A DNA stretch of 64,000 nucleotides from Camelus dromedarius (Eukaryota). The position numbers were made by a program, and so were the translations under genes. The stretch is from positions 73,224,001-73,288,000 of the forward strand of contig NC_087437.1 of NCBI RefSeq assembly GCF_036321535.1, given 5' to 3'. Of this stretch, positions 39,766-53,274 are shown piece by piece; position 1 is the first letter of the stretch; every line of letters starts with the position of its first letter. The notes beneath the pieces are model-generated. The model was not told where the DNA came from and did not search any database. It saw only the letters and a program-made list of their open reading frames with translations.

Positions 39766-42700
39766 GGGGAGGTGTCTTTGGTTTTGATATCAGAGTGATG
39801 CTGACCTCATAGAATGAATTTAAAAACACTCTTTTCTTTTCAATTTTTGGAATAGTTTGAGAAGAGTTGTTAACTCTTCTTTAAATGTTTTGTAAAAATT
39901 TACCTTTGAAGCTGTCTGGCTCTGGACTTATGTTTGTTGGGAGTTTTTTAATACTGATTCAATTTCATTACTATTAATTGGTCTATTCGTATTTTGTATA
40001 TCTTCCTGGTTCAGTCTTGGGAGGTTGTATGTTTCTAGGAGTTTATCCATTTCTCTTGGGTTTTTCATTTTAGTGGAATGTAATTGTTCATAGTATTCTC
40101 TTATGATCCTTTGTACTTTTATGGTGTCAGTAGTGACTTCTCTTTAATTTCTGATTTTATTTAGGCCCACTCTCTTGTTTTCTTGATGACTGTGGCTAAA
40201 GGTTTATAATTTTGTTTATCTTTTCAAACAACCAGTTCTTGCTTTCATTGCCATCTTCTTTTTTGCCTCTATTTCATTTATTTCACACTCATCTATATTA
40301 TTTACTTCTACTGAATTTGGGTTTTGTATATTCTTCTTTTTCTAGTTCTTGTAGTTGTAACATTAGATAGTTTATTTGAGGTTTTTCTTATTTCCTGAGG
40401 TAGGCCTCTATTGCTATAAACTTCTCTCCTATACCTGTTTTTGCTGTGTCCCATAGATTTTGGAATGTTATGTTTGCATTTTCATTTATCTCCAGGTATT
40501 TTTTGACTTCCTCAATGACCCATTTTGTTAGGAGTCTCCTGTTTAGACTCCACATATGTTTATGTTTTTTCTGAGTTTTTTTTTTAGTTGATTTCTCATA
40601 CCATTTGTAGTCTCATAACATTGTAGGTGGAAAAGATACTTGATAGAATTTTAATCTTCTTAAATTTACTGAGACTTGTTTCATATATCCTGGAGAATGT
40701 TCCACATGTACTTGAAAGGAAGGTGTATTCTGCTGTCTCGGGGTAGAATGTTCTGTATACAGCTACTAAGTCCATCTGGTCTAAACTGCTATTTAAGGCC
40801 AATGTTTCTTTATTGATTTTCTGTCTAGATGATCTGTCCATTAATATGTGGAATGTTAAAGTTTCCTACTATTATTGTGTTACTGTCAATAGCTCCTTTT
40901 GTCTGTTAATGTTTGCTTTAAATATTTAGCTACTCTTATAATAGATACATATATATTTACAGTTGTTATATCTTCTTGGATTGATCTCTATCATTATGTA
41001 ATGTCATTCTTTGTCTCCTGTAACAGTTTTTGTTTTAAAGTCTATTTTGTCTGATATAAGTATCGCTACCCCAGCTTTCTTTTCACATCTATTTATATGG
41101 AATATCTTTTTCCATCCCCTCACTTTCAGTCTATATGTATCTTTAGATGTGAAGTGAATTCCTTCTAGGCAGCATATATGGATCTCATTTTTTAATCCAT
41201 TCAGCCACTTTTTGTGCTTTGATTGGAGAATTAATCCATTTATATTTAAGGTAAGTATTGATAGGTATATATTTATTGCCATTTTACTCACTGTGTTCTG
41301 GTTTTATATTTCTTCCCTGTTCCTTTTTTCTGCTTTTGAACTCTTCCCTTTTTTAATGACTATCTTTAGTGTTATGTTTGGATTCATTTCTCTCCTTTTT
41401 TTTTTTTTTTTTATCTGTTACAGTCTTCTGGTTTGTGGTTACTTTGAGGCTCATATACAACAAACTATATAAGTATCTATTTTAAGTCAATGATCTCTTA
41501 TGCTCATATACTTTCTAATAGTCCTACATTTTCACTCACCCTGCTCTATGTTTTTGATACCATATTTTATATCTTTCTACTTTGTATATCCCTTAACTAC
41601 TTATTGTGGATATAGATTACTTTTTTTTTAGTCTTTCTACTAGTTTTATAAGTGACTGATCTTCTATCTTTAATGTATGTTTGCCTTTACCAATGGGATT
41701 TTTCCTTCCATAATTTTTATACTTCTAGTTGTGGCCTTTTCTATTCCACTTAGAAAAGTCTTTAATGTTTCTTGTAATGCTGGTTTAGCGGTGATGAACT
41801 CTCTTAACTTTTGCTTGTTTATAACACTCTACCACTTCAATTCTGATTGATAAGTTTGCTGGGTAGAGCCTTCTCAGTTGTAGGTTCTTTCATTTCTTTG
41901 AGTATATTGTGCCACTCCTTTCTAGTTGGAAGTTTTTGCTGAAAAGTCAGCTGATAGTTTTATGGGTGCATCTTTGTTATGTAACTAGTTGCTTTTCTCT
42001 TGCTGCTTTTAATATTCTCTCCTTATCTTTAATTTTTGCCATTTTAATTATAATGTGTCCTGGTATGGACTTCTTTGGGTTCATCTTGTTTGGGACTCTC
42101 TGTACTTCCTGGACCTGGATGTATGTTTATTTTCCTAGGTTAGGAAAGTTTTCAGCTATTATTTCTTTGTATATATGTCTGCCCCTTCCTCTCTCTTCTC
42201 TTTCTTGGACCATATATGCAAATGTTAGTATGTTTAATCCCTTATGCCATCCTTATTAAAAAAAAAAAAAAAAAAACTTCTTTTCATTTTTCTCTTCAGC
42301 CTGGGTGATTTCCTCTACTCTGTCTTCCAGATCACTTATCTGTCTTCTGTATCAGCTAATCTGTTGTTGATTCCCTCTAATGTATTTTCATTTTAAGTAT
42401 TGTATTCTTCAGCTCTGATTGTTTTTTATATTTTCTAATTCTTTGTTGAAGTTCTCACTGTGTTCATCCATTCTTCTCCTGAGATTGATGAGCATTTTTA
42501 TGATCATTAACTTGAACTCTTTATGGGTAGATTGCTTATCCCCACTTTGTTCAGTTCTGTCTCTGAAGTTTTATTTTGTTCCTTCAGTTGGGGCATAGTC
42601 CTCTGTCTCCTCATTTTGCCTAATTCTCTATGTTTATTTCTACATACTAGGTAGGTTTGTTGCTTGTCTTAATCTTAGAGAAGTGGCCTTATGTAGGAGA

Positions 42701-43617
42701 CCAATGGGAACCAGCAGTACACTCCCCTCTGGTGCTAGATGCTCCAGGAGTGTCCCCTGTGTGGGCTGTATGCACTCTTCTGTTTTGGGCTGCTGATAAT
42801 TGTGGATGAACTGATAGGCAAGGCTGGCCCTACCCTGGCTGGCTATGAGTCTCTGCCTCACATGGCTGCTGCAGGCATGCTGGCAGGTGAGGATGGCTCC
42901 CTACACAGCTGGCTGTGTGACCTGATGGCAACTAACTGCTGCTGGCCCATTGGTCAGTGGAACAGGACTCTGGTGTTAATAGGATAGAGGAAGGATTCCA
43001 AAGTGGCACTTGCCAGTACAAGTGTCAATGTAGCAGAACAAAATTCCAAAAATGACTACTACCAGTATTTCCATCCTCAGGGGGAACTCAGTTGTCTCCT
43101 GTCTCTCTGGGAGGCTCTTCAAGATCACCAAGTGGGTCTGACTCACACACCTTTCAAAGTACTGTCTCAAAGTGCAGCACTGAGGGTTTTTTTGTATGCT
43201 CTTTAAGAATGGATCTCTGTTTCCTGTAGCCATCCAGCTCTCCTGAACATAAGCCCCACTCATTTTCAAAGTCCAACTTTCTGGGGACTTATCTTCCTGG
43301 TGCAGGACCCCAGGCTGGGAAATTAGATGTGCAACTGGGAAGGATCCACATCAGGAAAGATCTCTGCAGTTGTGCTATCCCTCCCACTTGTGGGTTACCA
43401 ATCCAGCGGCATGGTTCTTGACTAGAGTGTGTCTCTGCCACCAGCAACTCCCCTGCCCTGTCTCATTGTGACCCTTCTTTATATCTTTAGTTGTGGAAAA
43501 TCTTTTCTGCCAGTCTTCAGGTCATTCTTATAGACAGTCGCTCTGTAAGTAGTTGTAATTTTGGCACGCCTTTTAGAAGGATCTTGGGGTCTTCCTACTC
43601 CATCATCTTGATCTCCC
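37155..43617 (-). mobile_element. Near full-length (~6.5 kb) L1, decayed: 5' UTR, ORF1 (starts ~42614), ORF2 (starts ~41290), 3' UTR
   Basis: 5' end GGAGATCAAGATGATGGAGTAGG (YY1-like); ORF1 MRRQRTMPQLKEQNKTSE; EN domain LSILTLNINGL...KKAGVAILISDKIDFK; LFADD at ~39190-39205; many stops. Confidence 0.97.
39706..39763. repeat. (GT)n microsatellite inside L1 ORF2
   Basis: Directly visible. Confidence 0.98.
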
Positions 43618-45149
43618 TATTTTTTATTTTTTTTAATCCATCTGCAAATGGCTATGCTCCAGGTTCAATAAAGAGTAGATATGGTGACTCTGTCAGAAGT
43701 ACCACCATAAACCCTTTCCTACCCTTTATCCTCCCAAGAAGAGGAGTCAATGCTTAGAAAGTGCAAAATCTGGCAAGATTAAACATATAGGAACCCTAAT
43801 TATAAGTACATAAATAAGATAGATGATGTGGAATAAAATCGCAAACTGTATAAAGTAGGTATTTGTATCTGTTGGCAGACTTCAGCTTCCTAGCAGTGTA
43901 CCACAGATTGCACTTTATAGTTTTCATTCTGTCAACAGATTTTTTTTTCTGGATAGTAAGTAAATACATTGATCTGTTACCAATAATAACCCTATGGATT
44001 ATTAGAACATTTTCTTCCAAGTTGTAGTCCCTTTGAAGTTTATTGCTGGTAATTTACTACAGCACATTTAGCAGAGCAAGGGAAGATGGGGTTAAGTCAG
44101 ACTCACAAAAACACCCATATTTCAAACATCAAGGATAATCTGGAACTTCTTATTATATTAACTGACTCAATAGCCTATGTGGTTCAGTAGCTATCTCATT
44201 TATTCCCCCATTTTTACTCCTCTAAATTTTATCTGCTTCTAAAAGGGATATTATATGATTTAAATACATATACTTAAAATTAAGGTTAAAGAAACAATTT
44301 AGGGGAGAAAGAATAATTTTATCCACATGTAGAATGAGATCATTACATCAATTAAACACTTATTTTATCTCCCAGCTTCCTAGTAGTCAAGGCTAATATT
44401 AACTATAATACTATACAATTATATTAAAAGGAAGGCCACAATTTCACCTGGGGGGACAGTTTCATGACACTAAATTCCTGGACAATGATTTTCTACTCCA
44501 CGTCATATATAAAACAGTAAGCAATAGAGTAAGCACAATGAAAAATAACGATTTTGGAGGTGATCATGAAATATTCTTCAGATAGTTCCTCCCTATATCA
44601 AAATTTAATAAAAACCCAACAACATAAAAAAAGCCTGACATGAATATACCTTTGTGGGAAGTTAAGACAGCATTCCAAGTATACAGCATCCTGATGATTG
44701 TATTTTTATAAGGATAGAGTTTGAAAAACCTAGACAAGTGAATAGGTACCTCTTAGCCTCTCTTTTAACCATAATTTGTCAGCTATACTTTGAGTGGATG
44801 CTTTATAGGGGCCACTTCAAGACAGATCTTTTAAATGTGTCTAAAATGCTGATTTTTTTTGTGCTGTTGACTGATAACAGTGCTGTAGATATGAGGTGGA
44901 TTTTTGCTAAATAAAATATTGGTGAGATTCCCTAATGTTTATTATAAGACAAAACTAACTTTCATACCCCTGCTCCTCTGGTGCCACAACCAGAATGAGC
45001 TATCCATGGTCAAGAGAGTGATTTAGCTCACCTACTACACTGAGCACTATCAAGAAAAAAAATTTACAATTTTAGTTTTAACACAGTATGTATTAAGCCT
45101 CAAGTCTTTGTCAATAATCCATTTGTTTTCTGAAAGACCAATTAGCTCA

Positions 45150-45370
45150 AAGTTACAGTCAGAGAATTGGAATCTTAAAATTGTAAAATACTCCTTCAGT
45201 GTTGGAATATGAACACATCCAGTGACAGGTAACTCACTACTAAATGAGACAGCTTGTCTAGCTTTTAAAACACTCTAAATGTGAGCATGTACTTTTATAT
45301 AATGCTCTCCTATACAATTTACTTCTGCCTAACTTCTGTCTACAATCCTTTCTTCTGCCCTCTGATGCAT
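45150..45370 (-). mobile_element. L3/CR1 3' remnant
   Basis: gaacacatccagtgacaggtaactcactact...ttctgccctctg. Confidence 0.65.
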
Positions 45371-45579
45371 GCAGGATATGCATGAAAAACAGGAAACATT
45401 CATTTCAAACCACTGCTATACGGGACTTTTAATTATGCCATGGTCTTTGCCCATAGTGATGGGTAGTGCACGTATATCATTTCAACACAGAAAGCTCACA
45501 GCACGATTGCTTCTTGTGGTGTTAATAGTATAATTACGTTATTTTTCTCAATTGACTTAACATTTCTCTTCTTCCCATC

Positions 45580-46240
45580 TGTGGTGAGAACTTAATCCAA
45601 ATGTTTTGTGGACCTGCCCTTCCTACAGTTTCTAAGGCCAGTGCTTTTCACTGTGTGCTTCCACCCCATCCTAGACGATGACTGGTTGGAATATGGATAA
45701 ACATCTTAACCAGAGGCTACCAATTCATGACCTGAGGCCTTTGGCTTGCTTAGAGGAACTGGCCCCAAAAGATATTCTCTCTTTGAAGATGTATGTTAGC
45801 TGAACCTATTGTGGTAACCACTCCACAATACATGCTGTATGCCTTAAACTTACATGGTTATGGGTGTCATTTCTTGATAAAACTTGAAAATATTAATTAA
45901 TTATTTTTTAAGGACCCTTAAATACAAAATACTGCTAGTCAATGGTGAACGTTACAGCAGGAAGATCGTGACTACTGGAGGATGTCTAAACAATTCAAGC
46001 AGCCACAGAGACGCCGGTAATGAGGTAAAACAGTACTTAAAGAAGGGAGGATAGAGAGGGCGTGCGGGGGAGGACTGGGCTGGTCGTTCATCAGGGCCTA
46101 ACCAATGTAGAAAGCAGTTTTGATACCTGGTGACTTTTGCTACCAGAAGGCCTACTTACAGTGGTTCACATCCTCAGATCCCTATGTGAGCTCTGTACCC
46201 TGGCAATGCCCTCCCACCTTTACCTGATCTGATCTGACTG
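45580..46240 (+). mobile_element. Old MLT1-type LTR remnant with short L1 3' tail inserted (~45800-45900)
   Basis: tgtggtgag start and MLT-like gactggttggaatatggataaacatct; L1 tail tgctgtatgccttaaacttaca...ataaaacttgaaaa. Confidence 0.4.
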
Positions 46241-47899
46241 GGTCTCTGTTGCTTAAAAATGAGATAGCCCCGACTGAAGAGGAATGAAATTCAAACATCT
46301 CAAAGGTGCAGCTAGAGAATCTAAGTCACAGGATGAGATTTGAGCTAAGAACACAGAGAGCTATGTGCAGCACTGGCAACTGAAATCCTCCCATCTAAGT
46401 TCCATTTCATATGGGCTAATTTCAATGACAGAGATTGTTATATATACTTTTATGCATAAAAGAGCAGATAGCTGATTAAAACAGATCAACCATGACTCCA
46501 CTCTGCCAATGTGGCTCAGAGAGCAAGTATACGCATACAAAGAATTAAGTGTCCTTTGCACCATAGATTGTCATCAGGAACTTGGGTCTGCTTCACATTA
46601 AGATGCTGGTCTAACATGCAACTTGCCCCAGTTCCACACTCCTGGTAAGCAGGAGTTCAGACTGATGCTGGAAAGCCCCATTCCACATGAACAAAGCAAA
46701 TCAAAGAGTTGATGGACACCTACTCGGGGATCCTCCTTACACACCTCTCATCTTTGGATGTGTTGGAATTCTAGGAGGAGAGGTTATGTCCAATTGAGGG
46801 ACAGTGGGGCAAATGAGGGACAGGACTGGTTATGGCTGCTGTGAGGGGAAGATATAGATGACATTTGAGAACCACTGGATTGGAACATGATTCATAGAAT
46901 TTTCCAAAAGGGAGCAAGTACCTCATAGCACACAATTTTACACCATGCAGTATATAATCATTTTCCAGCTCCTTCTCCATTCTATTACAGACTTTCAATG
47001 ACTCATTCTTGACATATGTTGTATTGTTCTGGACACCAGTTATTTTGAAAAACAGTATGGAATAAAATGCTCTCTCATCATTCCATATTCCTACGAGATG
47101 TTGGTAATTTCATTTGGCTTGTAGTATTTCTCTTTTTTTGGTTCATAAAATATGCCATTCACTGAAGCTCCAAGATAATCATGCATGAAAATAAAAACAT
47201 CAGAAAGCAAAAATCTATGTCACAAAATTCCCATTTTCTGTCTGCCCAGGGGAGGCTGTCTATTGAGAATTAGATTGAGAAGCAAGGAGGGAGAGAGGAA
47301 AGACAAGGCCTCCATAGTTAAAGTGATTTCTAACAGGTACAGGATATCAAAAAAAATGGCAGAAATTACATTCAGCAAAACCAAAGCAAAAAGGCAGAGC
47401 AAAATGAATCACAGAAATGTCTGCTCAGAATCTGAATATTAAAATACTGCTCTGAATAGAACAGATATGATTCCCAATTGAACAATGAGCTGAAATCCAG
47501 GAAGCTTTCAAAAATAAATAAAAGGTAATCACAGTGAAGAATAAAGATAAGTGCCCCTTCTCATTTACATGAGCGGACAGGAGTTCCACAGACACCTGCT
47601 TATTAAAGTGGATTGCTAAAAAGACTGCAAGGAGCAAAATGAAATGGATCATAAAGTTGCTCATTTTAATGCTATGTTCTATCAATGAAAATGTATTTTC
47701 AAATTAAGATATTACATGCAAGATGAAATCTCCCGGACATCTGAGTGATCATAGACCTGAGACTGATTCTGAAATAGCCAACAATCTATTGTTTGGGGCA
47801 AAGTGAATCTTTGTCTAAGTGACAGATCCATCATTATAATTCAAGGGCTTGTTAGGAGATCTTTGTATATCCCCCCTTATTGACAATCACTATTCTTAC

Positions 47900-47967
47900 C
47901 TTGTCCAGATAACTGTGGCTCTGCCTCATTGCTGTAGAGTGGTTGATTTGACTATGAAGTTCCTTAT
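47900..47967 (-). other. Candidate 68-nt minus-strand exon
   Basis: Acceptor cctgtgtgtatag, strong donor AAG/GTAAGA; only one frame open (KELHSQINHSTAMRQSHSYLDK). Confidence 0.25.
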
Positions 47968-48009
47968 CTATACACACAGGATATAAGCCCTACCTCTGAT
48001 GAGCTTTCA

Positions 48010-48595
48010 TATCTGTGAATAAGTTATTTATTGCTATATAACAAACTATTCCAAAACACAGGGACATAAAACAACTTACTGGCTTGTGATTCTGCAGTTT
48101 GGGTTGGGCTCAGCTGGCCAGTTCTTTTGCTCATATTGCCTGAGATCACCCATGGTGGCTGGACAAGAGGTGGATGGGTCTAAAATGGCCTTATTCAACT
48201 AGATCTGCAGCCCCTTGGTTCTCTTCCACATGACCTTCCCATGCTCCTTACATGGAGGCAGCAGCCTTCCAAGAGAGAGCGCCCCAATACTCAAGTATGT
48301 GTTAAGCCTCTTTTTGTGTCATGTTTTGGGCGGGGCAATTAGATATTTATTTATTTATTTATTTAATGGAGGTATTGGGGATTGAAACCAGGACATCATG
48401 CATGCTAAGGGCACAGTCTACCACTGAGCTATATCCTCCCCACCAGTTTGTGTCATTTTTCACTGAGGTTCCACTGGCCAAAATCACATAGCTGTTCACA
48501 CAGCCAAACCCAGAATCAAAGTGGGAGGAAAACAACACAAAGTCCTGAAATTCCAGAAGTCATGATTCACTCAGGGCTGTTAGTGTAATGATATA
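48010..48595 (-). mobile_element. MLT1 (G/H-like) solo LTR, interrupted by SINE
   Basis: tattgctatataacaaactattccaaaac...gggttgggctcagctggccagttct...ccactggccaaaatcacat. Confidence 0.75.
48323..48446 (-). mobile_element. Camelid Vic-1-type tRNA-derived SINE
   Basis: Reverse complement GGGGAGGATATAGCTCAGTGGTAG (A box)...GGTTTCAATCCC (B box)...(TAAA)n; TSD tttgtgtcat at 48313 and 48447. Confidence 0.9.
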
Positions 48596-48599
48596 CTAA

Positions 48600-49215
48600 A
48601 ACTCCCATTTGAGGCTGAGCATAGAATAAAGTTCAACTTCTCAGCCCAGCATTAATAGCCCTACACATTCCTATCCCAATCACCTTTCCTTTTGTCCTCC
48701 CACAGAAATGTTACAGTAGCAAAAACAACCATGTGCTTCAACTTGAAGACAAATTTGCATACCATATCCAGAATTCTCTTTTTCTGTTGCTGAAATATGC
48801 TCTTATGGTCTCCACTCTCTCCATCCAGCTCCTTCCATCTACCAAGAATCCTGGCCATCCTTCAAGGTCCAAGTTATATAGGTGGACCCTTCCGTGAACA
48901 CTCCTGTCACTGTCCTCACAAATGGACATTTCTCCCTCCTCTAAACTTAGTATCAAGGGGGCACAGTGTAGTGAAAATGACTCAGGCTTTGGAATCAGGT
49001 GTATTGGGTTTCAAACCTCAGCTCTTCCAATTAGTAGCTTGTGATTATGGTTATGTAAGTTGAAATTCCTGTTTTGCTCTTTATCCTCTTATTTTGAGAA
49101 TATCTCTCATCATAGAATGTGAATCTTTAAAGACATAAAAGGGTATTGACCTCATTTTATTGCCCAAGCCTACCTCTCTGTCCCACCAATGTCAACCGTT
49201 CATTCAGTGTTTGTT
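48600..49215 (+). mobile_element. L2 remnant with inserted MIR (~48955-49080)
   Basis: ctggccatccttcaaggtccaag (L2); caggctttggaatcagg..tgggtttcaaacctcagctct (MIR). Confidence 0.55.
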
Positions 49216-49967
49216 AGTTGAAGGCAGGGAAAGAGGAAAGAAGGAAAAGTACAGAGGAAAGGATGCTTGGTATTCACTTCACTTCCTAAAGCAAAGGACA
49301 CTGAGTGTAGTACCTCTCTTTGTGAAGGGGGACATTAACGATCACTGCCTGATAACTATCGAAATTGCTCAGCTGCCAAGACATATTAAGTGTCATTGTA
49401 TGAAAACTTTTTTTGAACCACAGTAAGTTTCTATATGATAAGTAAAAACATCATGGATTCATAGACCTAGAATAGATGCTAAGAAGTTGATTAACCTAGC
49501 TTCTCCCTTCAGGCAGAACTGCACCCAATTCGTGAAGACAAAGATGAGGTTTTCCTTAGCACTGGAGGGACATAAAGATTCTGCTGAGAGGAGGCGTGGC
49601 AGGCACATCACCTGGACAGACTCCCACTGCTGAGACACTGTGAGGAGGATGCTGATGGTGGACATATACTTTCTAGTACGTCATCATTAAAACTGCTCAC
49701 ATTTTGCCCAGTCACAGGGATGTAAGTATCAGTCTGGTTTGGAGCAGTGCTAGAAAGTTACTGGGGAGATGATGGGAAGCAATGAAGCTGAGAGGCAGGG
49801 AAACTTAGGACAATGTGATTTGAGTTGGAGGGAGGGAGACTTGGGTAAATGATTTAAAATGCCGCCAACAGAAGAAAGTTGTCACAACCAAATTTTCATT
49901 TCTATGTGGACTTCCAAATATCCTGATCTTACACAGAACTATGTAAAATTTTCTTAGGATATCAATT

Positions 49968-50395
49968 GATGCAGAAAGACAAATACTACATGGTGTCACT
50001 TACGTGTGGAATCTTAAAAAAATTCCAAATTACAAAAACAGAATAAAAAAGTGGTCTTCAGGGGCTGGGGAGTAAAGGAAGTAGAGAGAGGTTGGGAAAT
50101 GGGTACAAACTTTCAGTTACAGAACAAATAAGGTCTGAGAATCTTATGTATAATGTGGTAGCTGTAGTTGATAATACTGTATGTATAACCGAAATTTGCT
50201 AAGAGAGTAGAACTTGAATGTCTTACCTAAAAAGAAAACAAAATATGGAAGTGATGGATATGTGAGTTAACTCAATGGTGGGTATCCTTTCACAATACAT
50301 GCATATATAAAATCATCTGTTGTACACTCTAAATATCTTACAATTTTATTTGTCACTTATACCTCAATAAAGCTAAAAAAAACAAAAACCAAAAA
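49968..50395 (+). mobile_element. L1MA9/10-type 3' end with AATAAA and A-rich tail
   Basis: cagaaagacaaatactacatgg...aaatttgctaagagagtaga...tacctcaataaagctaaaaaaa. Confidence 0.9.
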
Positions 50396-50566
50396 ATCAA
50401 TCTTTAAAACATTTCAATATTCCTTATTACAAAGGTCTTCAGAAAGATATGAAGAAAATTAACTTCAAGAAAGCCTCTCTGAGATTTAAAGCTCAAATAA
50501 ATTATTCAACTAGAACATTAGAGCTGATAATTTTGTCAAATATACCTCAATAAAGCTGAAAAAAAA

Positions 50567-52770
50567 TCATTGCCAAAGCCAATGTCATGAAACTTCCCCT
50601 CTATATTTTCTTATAAGTATTTCACAGCTTTAGGTCTTACATGTAGGTGTTTAATTCATTTTGAGTTAATTTTTATATGTTGTATAAAGTAAGTGTCCAA
50701 CTTCCTTCCTTTCATGTGGCTATCCAGTTCCCAACACCATTTGTTCTCTTCTTCAGCAGACTTAAGACCCCTGTTGAAGATTGCTTTACAGTATGCATGG
50801 GGTGTTAGATCTGGGCTCTCTATTCTGCTCCATTTGTTGATATGTATGTCTTTATGTCATACTGTTTTGATTACTGTAGTTTTGTAACAGGTTTTCAAAT
50901 CAGGAAATGTGAGACTTCCAACTGTGTTTTTCTTTTTCAAGATTGTTTTGGCTATTTGGGGACCCTCAAGAGTCCATACAAATTCCAGAAAAAAATACCA
51001 TTGAGATTTTTACAGGGATTACATTGAATCTATAGGCTGCTTTGGGTAGTATGGACATTTTAACAATATTAAGTCTTCCAATCCATAAGCATGGGATGTC
51101 CTTCCATTTATTTGTATCTTCTTTTAATTTCTTTCAGCAATATTTTACACTTTTTAATGTATAAATCTTTTACTTTAAATTTATTCATAAGCATTTTTTA
51201 AATGGTATTGTAAATGGGATTGCTTTCTTAATTTTTATGTTCATTGTTAGTACACAGAAATGCATCTGACTTTTCTATTTATCCTGCAACTTTGTTGAAT
51301 TCATTTATTAATTCTAACAGGTTTCTTGTGGAATTTTTAGGGTTTTCTACATAAAGAGTATATCATCTGCAAACAGAGATAATTTAAGTTCTTCCTTTGC
51401 ACTTTAGATGACTTTTACTTCCTTTTCTAGACTAACTGCTCTGGTTAGGACTGCTTGTACCATGTTAACTAAAGTAGTGAGAGTGAGCATTCTTGCCTTG
51501 TTCCTGATCTTAGAGGAAAAGCTTTCAGTTTTTCCCCACTGGAAATGATATTAACTGTGGGCTTGTCAGAGATGGCCTTTATTATACTGAGGTTTCTATT
51601 CCTGGTTGAGTGTTCTTATCATGACAGGGGGTTGAATTTCGTCAATTGCTTTTTCTGCATCATTTGAAATGATCATGTGGATTTTATGCTTCATTCTGCA
51701 AATGTGGTATATCACGCTGATATATGTTTGTATGTTGAGCCTTCTTGCATTCCAGGAATAAATCCCACTTTATCATGGAGTATAATCTATTAAATGTCTT
51801 ACTGAATTTGGTTTGCTATAATTATGTTGAGGATTTTTACATTAACATTCATCAAGGATATTAGTCTGTAGCTTTCCTTTCTTGTAGTATCTTTGTCTGG
51901 CTTTGGTATCAGGGTCAGGGTAATACTGGCCTCATAAAATGAGTTTGGAAGTAGTCCCTCTCTTCTAATTTTTTGGAAGAATTTTAGGCAGACTGATGTT
52001 AATTGTTCCTTAAATGTTTGGTAGAATTCTCTAGTGAAGCCATCTGATGCTGGGTTTTTCTTTGTTGGCAGGTTTTTGATTACTTATTCATAATCCTTAC
52101 TGATTGTACGTCTGTTCAGATTTTTTATTTCTCCATGATTCATTCTTGGAAGGTTATAAATTTCTGGGAATTTATCCATTTCTTCTAAGTTTTCTAATTT
52201 GTTGGCATATAATTGTTCATAGTTTCCCCCATGACATCAATTATAATGTCTACTCTTTCATTTTTGATTTTAGCTAAGTCTTCTCTTTTTTTCTTAATCT
52301 AGCTATGGGTTTGTCAATTTTATTAATCTTTTCAAAAAACAACTTTTAGTTTTGTTAACTTTTTCTATTATTTTCCTACTGCTTTTAATTTACACTCTAA
52401 CTTTTATTATTTCCCTCATTATGCTAACTTTGGATTTAGTTCATCTTCTTCTAGTTCCTTGAAGTATAAAATTAGATTGTTGATTTGAGATCTTTCTTCT
52501 TTTTTAATGGATTTATTTACCACTATCAACTTACTTCTTTTTACTGCTTTCACTGTATCCCGCACATTTTGATATGTGTGTTTTTCTTTTCATTCATCTT
52601 AAGATATTTTCTAACTTCCCCTGTGATTTCTTCTTTAACTGACTGGCTGTTTAAGAGTGTATTGTTTAATTCCTACAGAATTGTGGCTTTTCCAGTTTTC
52701 CTTCCTCTATTGAATACTTTCTTTCTACTGTGGTCAGAAAAAATACTTGGTATTATATATTTTGACTTTT
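50567..52770 (-). mobile_element. L1 ORF2 fragment (RT region), decayed
   Basis: tcatctgcaaacag (LFADD) at ~51362; cctcataaaatgagtttggaag (LPNSFYE); tcctgatcttagaggaaaagc. Confidence 0.95.
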
Positions 52771-52784
52771 AAAAGCTAGTCCCC

Positions 52785-53265
52785 AAAAATTACATAGTGC
52801 ATGATTCCATTTATATAGCCCCCCCCCCTTTTCTTAGGGGAAGAGGTAATCAGGTTTATTTATTTACTTATTTTTTTAAGTGAAGGTACTGGGATTGAGC
52901 CCAGGACACTGTGCATGCTAGGCAGGCACTCTACCACTAAGCTATCCCCTCCCCCTTATATAGCCTTCTTGAAAAGACAAAATTATACAAATAGAGAGCA
53001 AATTAGTAGTTGCCAGGAGTTAGGGATGAAGGTGAAAAGGAAGTGAGTGTGGTTATAAAAGGGTAGCAGGAGGAATCCCTGTAATGGAACTGCTTTGTAT
53101 CTTGACTGTATCAATGTCAATATCCTGGTTGTGATGCTGTAGTACAGTTTGCAAGACATCACTGGGGAAATTAGGTAAATGATATACAGGATCTTCTCTG
53201 TATTATTTCTTATAATTGCATGTGAATCTACCATCATTTCAAATTAAAGGTTTAATTGAAAAATC
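52785..53265 (+). mobile_element. L1MC1/2-type 3' end, interrupted by SINE
   Basis: atgattccatttatat...gttgccaggagttaggg...tgactgtatcaatgtcaatatcctggttgtgat. Confidence 0.8.
52821..52955 (-). mobile_element. Camelid Vic-1-type tRNA-derived SINE
   Basis: Reverse complement GGGGAGGGGATAGCTTAGTGGTAGAG...GGGCTCAATCCC; perfect 10-bp TSD ttatatagcc at 52811-52820 and 52956-52965. Confidence 0.9.
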
Positions 53266-53274
53266 TCTAGGAAG

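Noticed and set aside
48370..48441. tRNA gene (A and B boxes)
   Set aside because: A-rich tail, TSD and a second copy at 52.9 kb show it is a SINE
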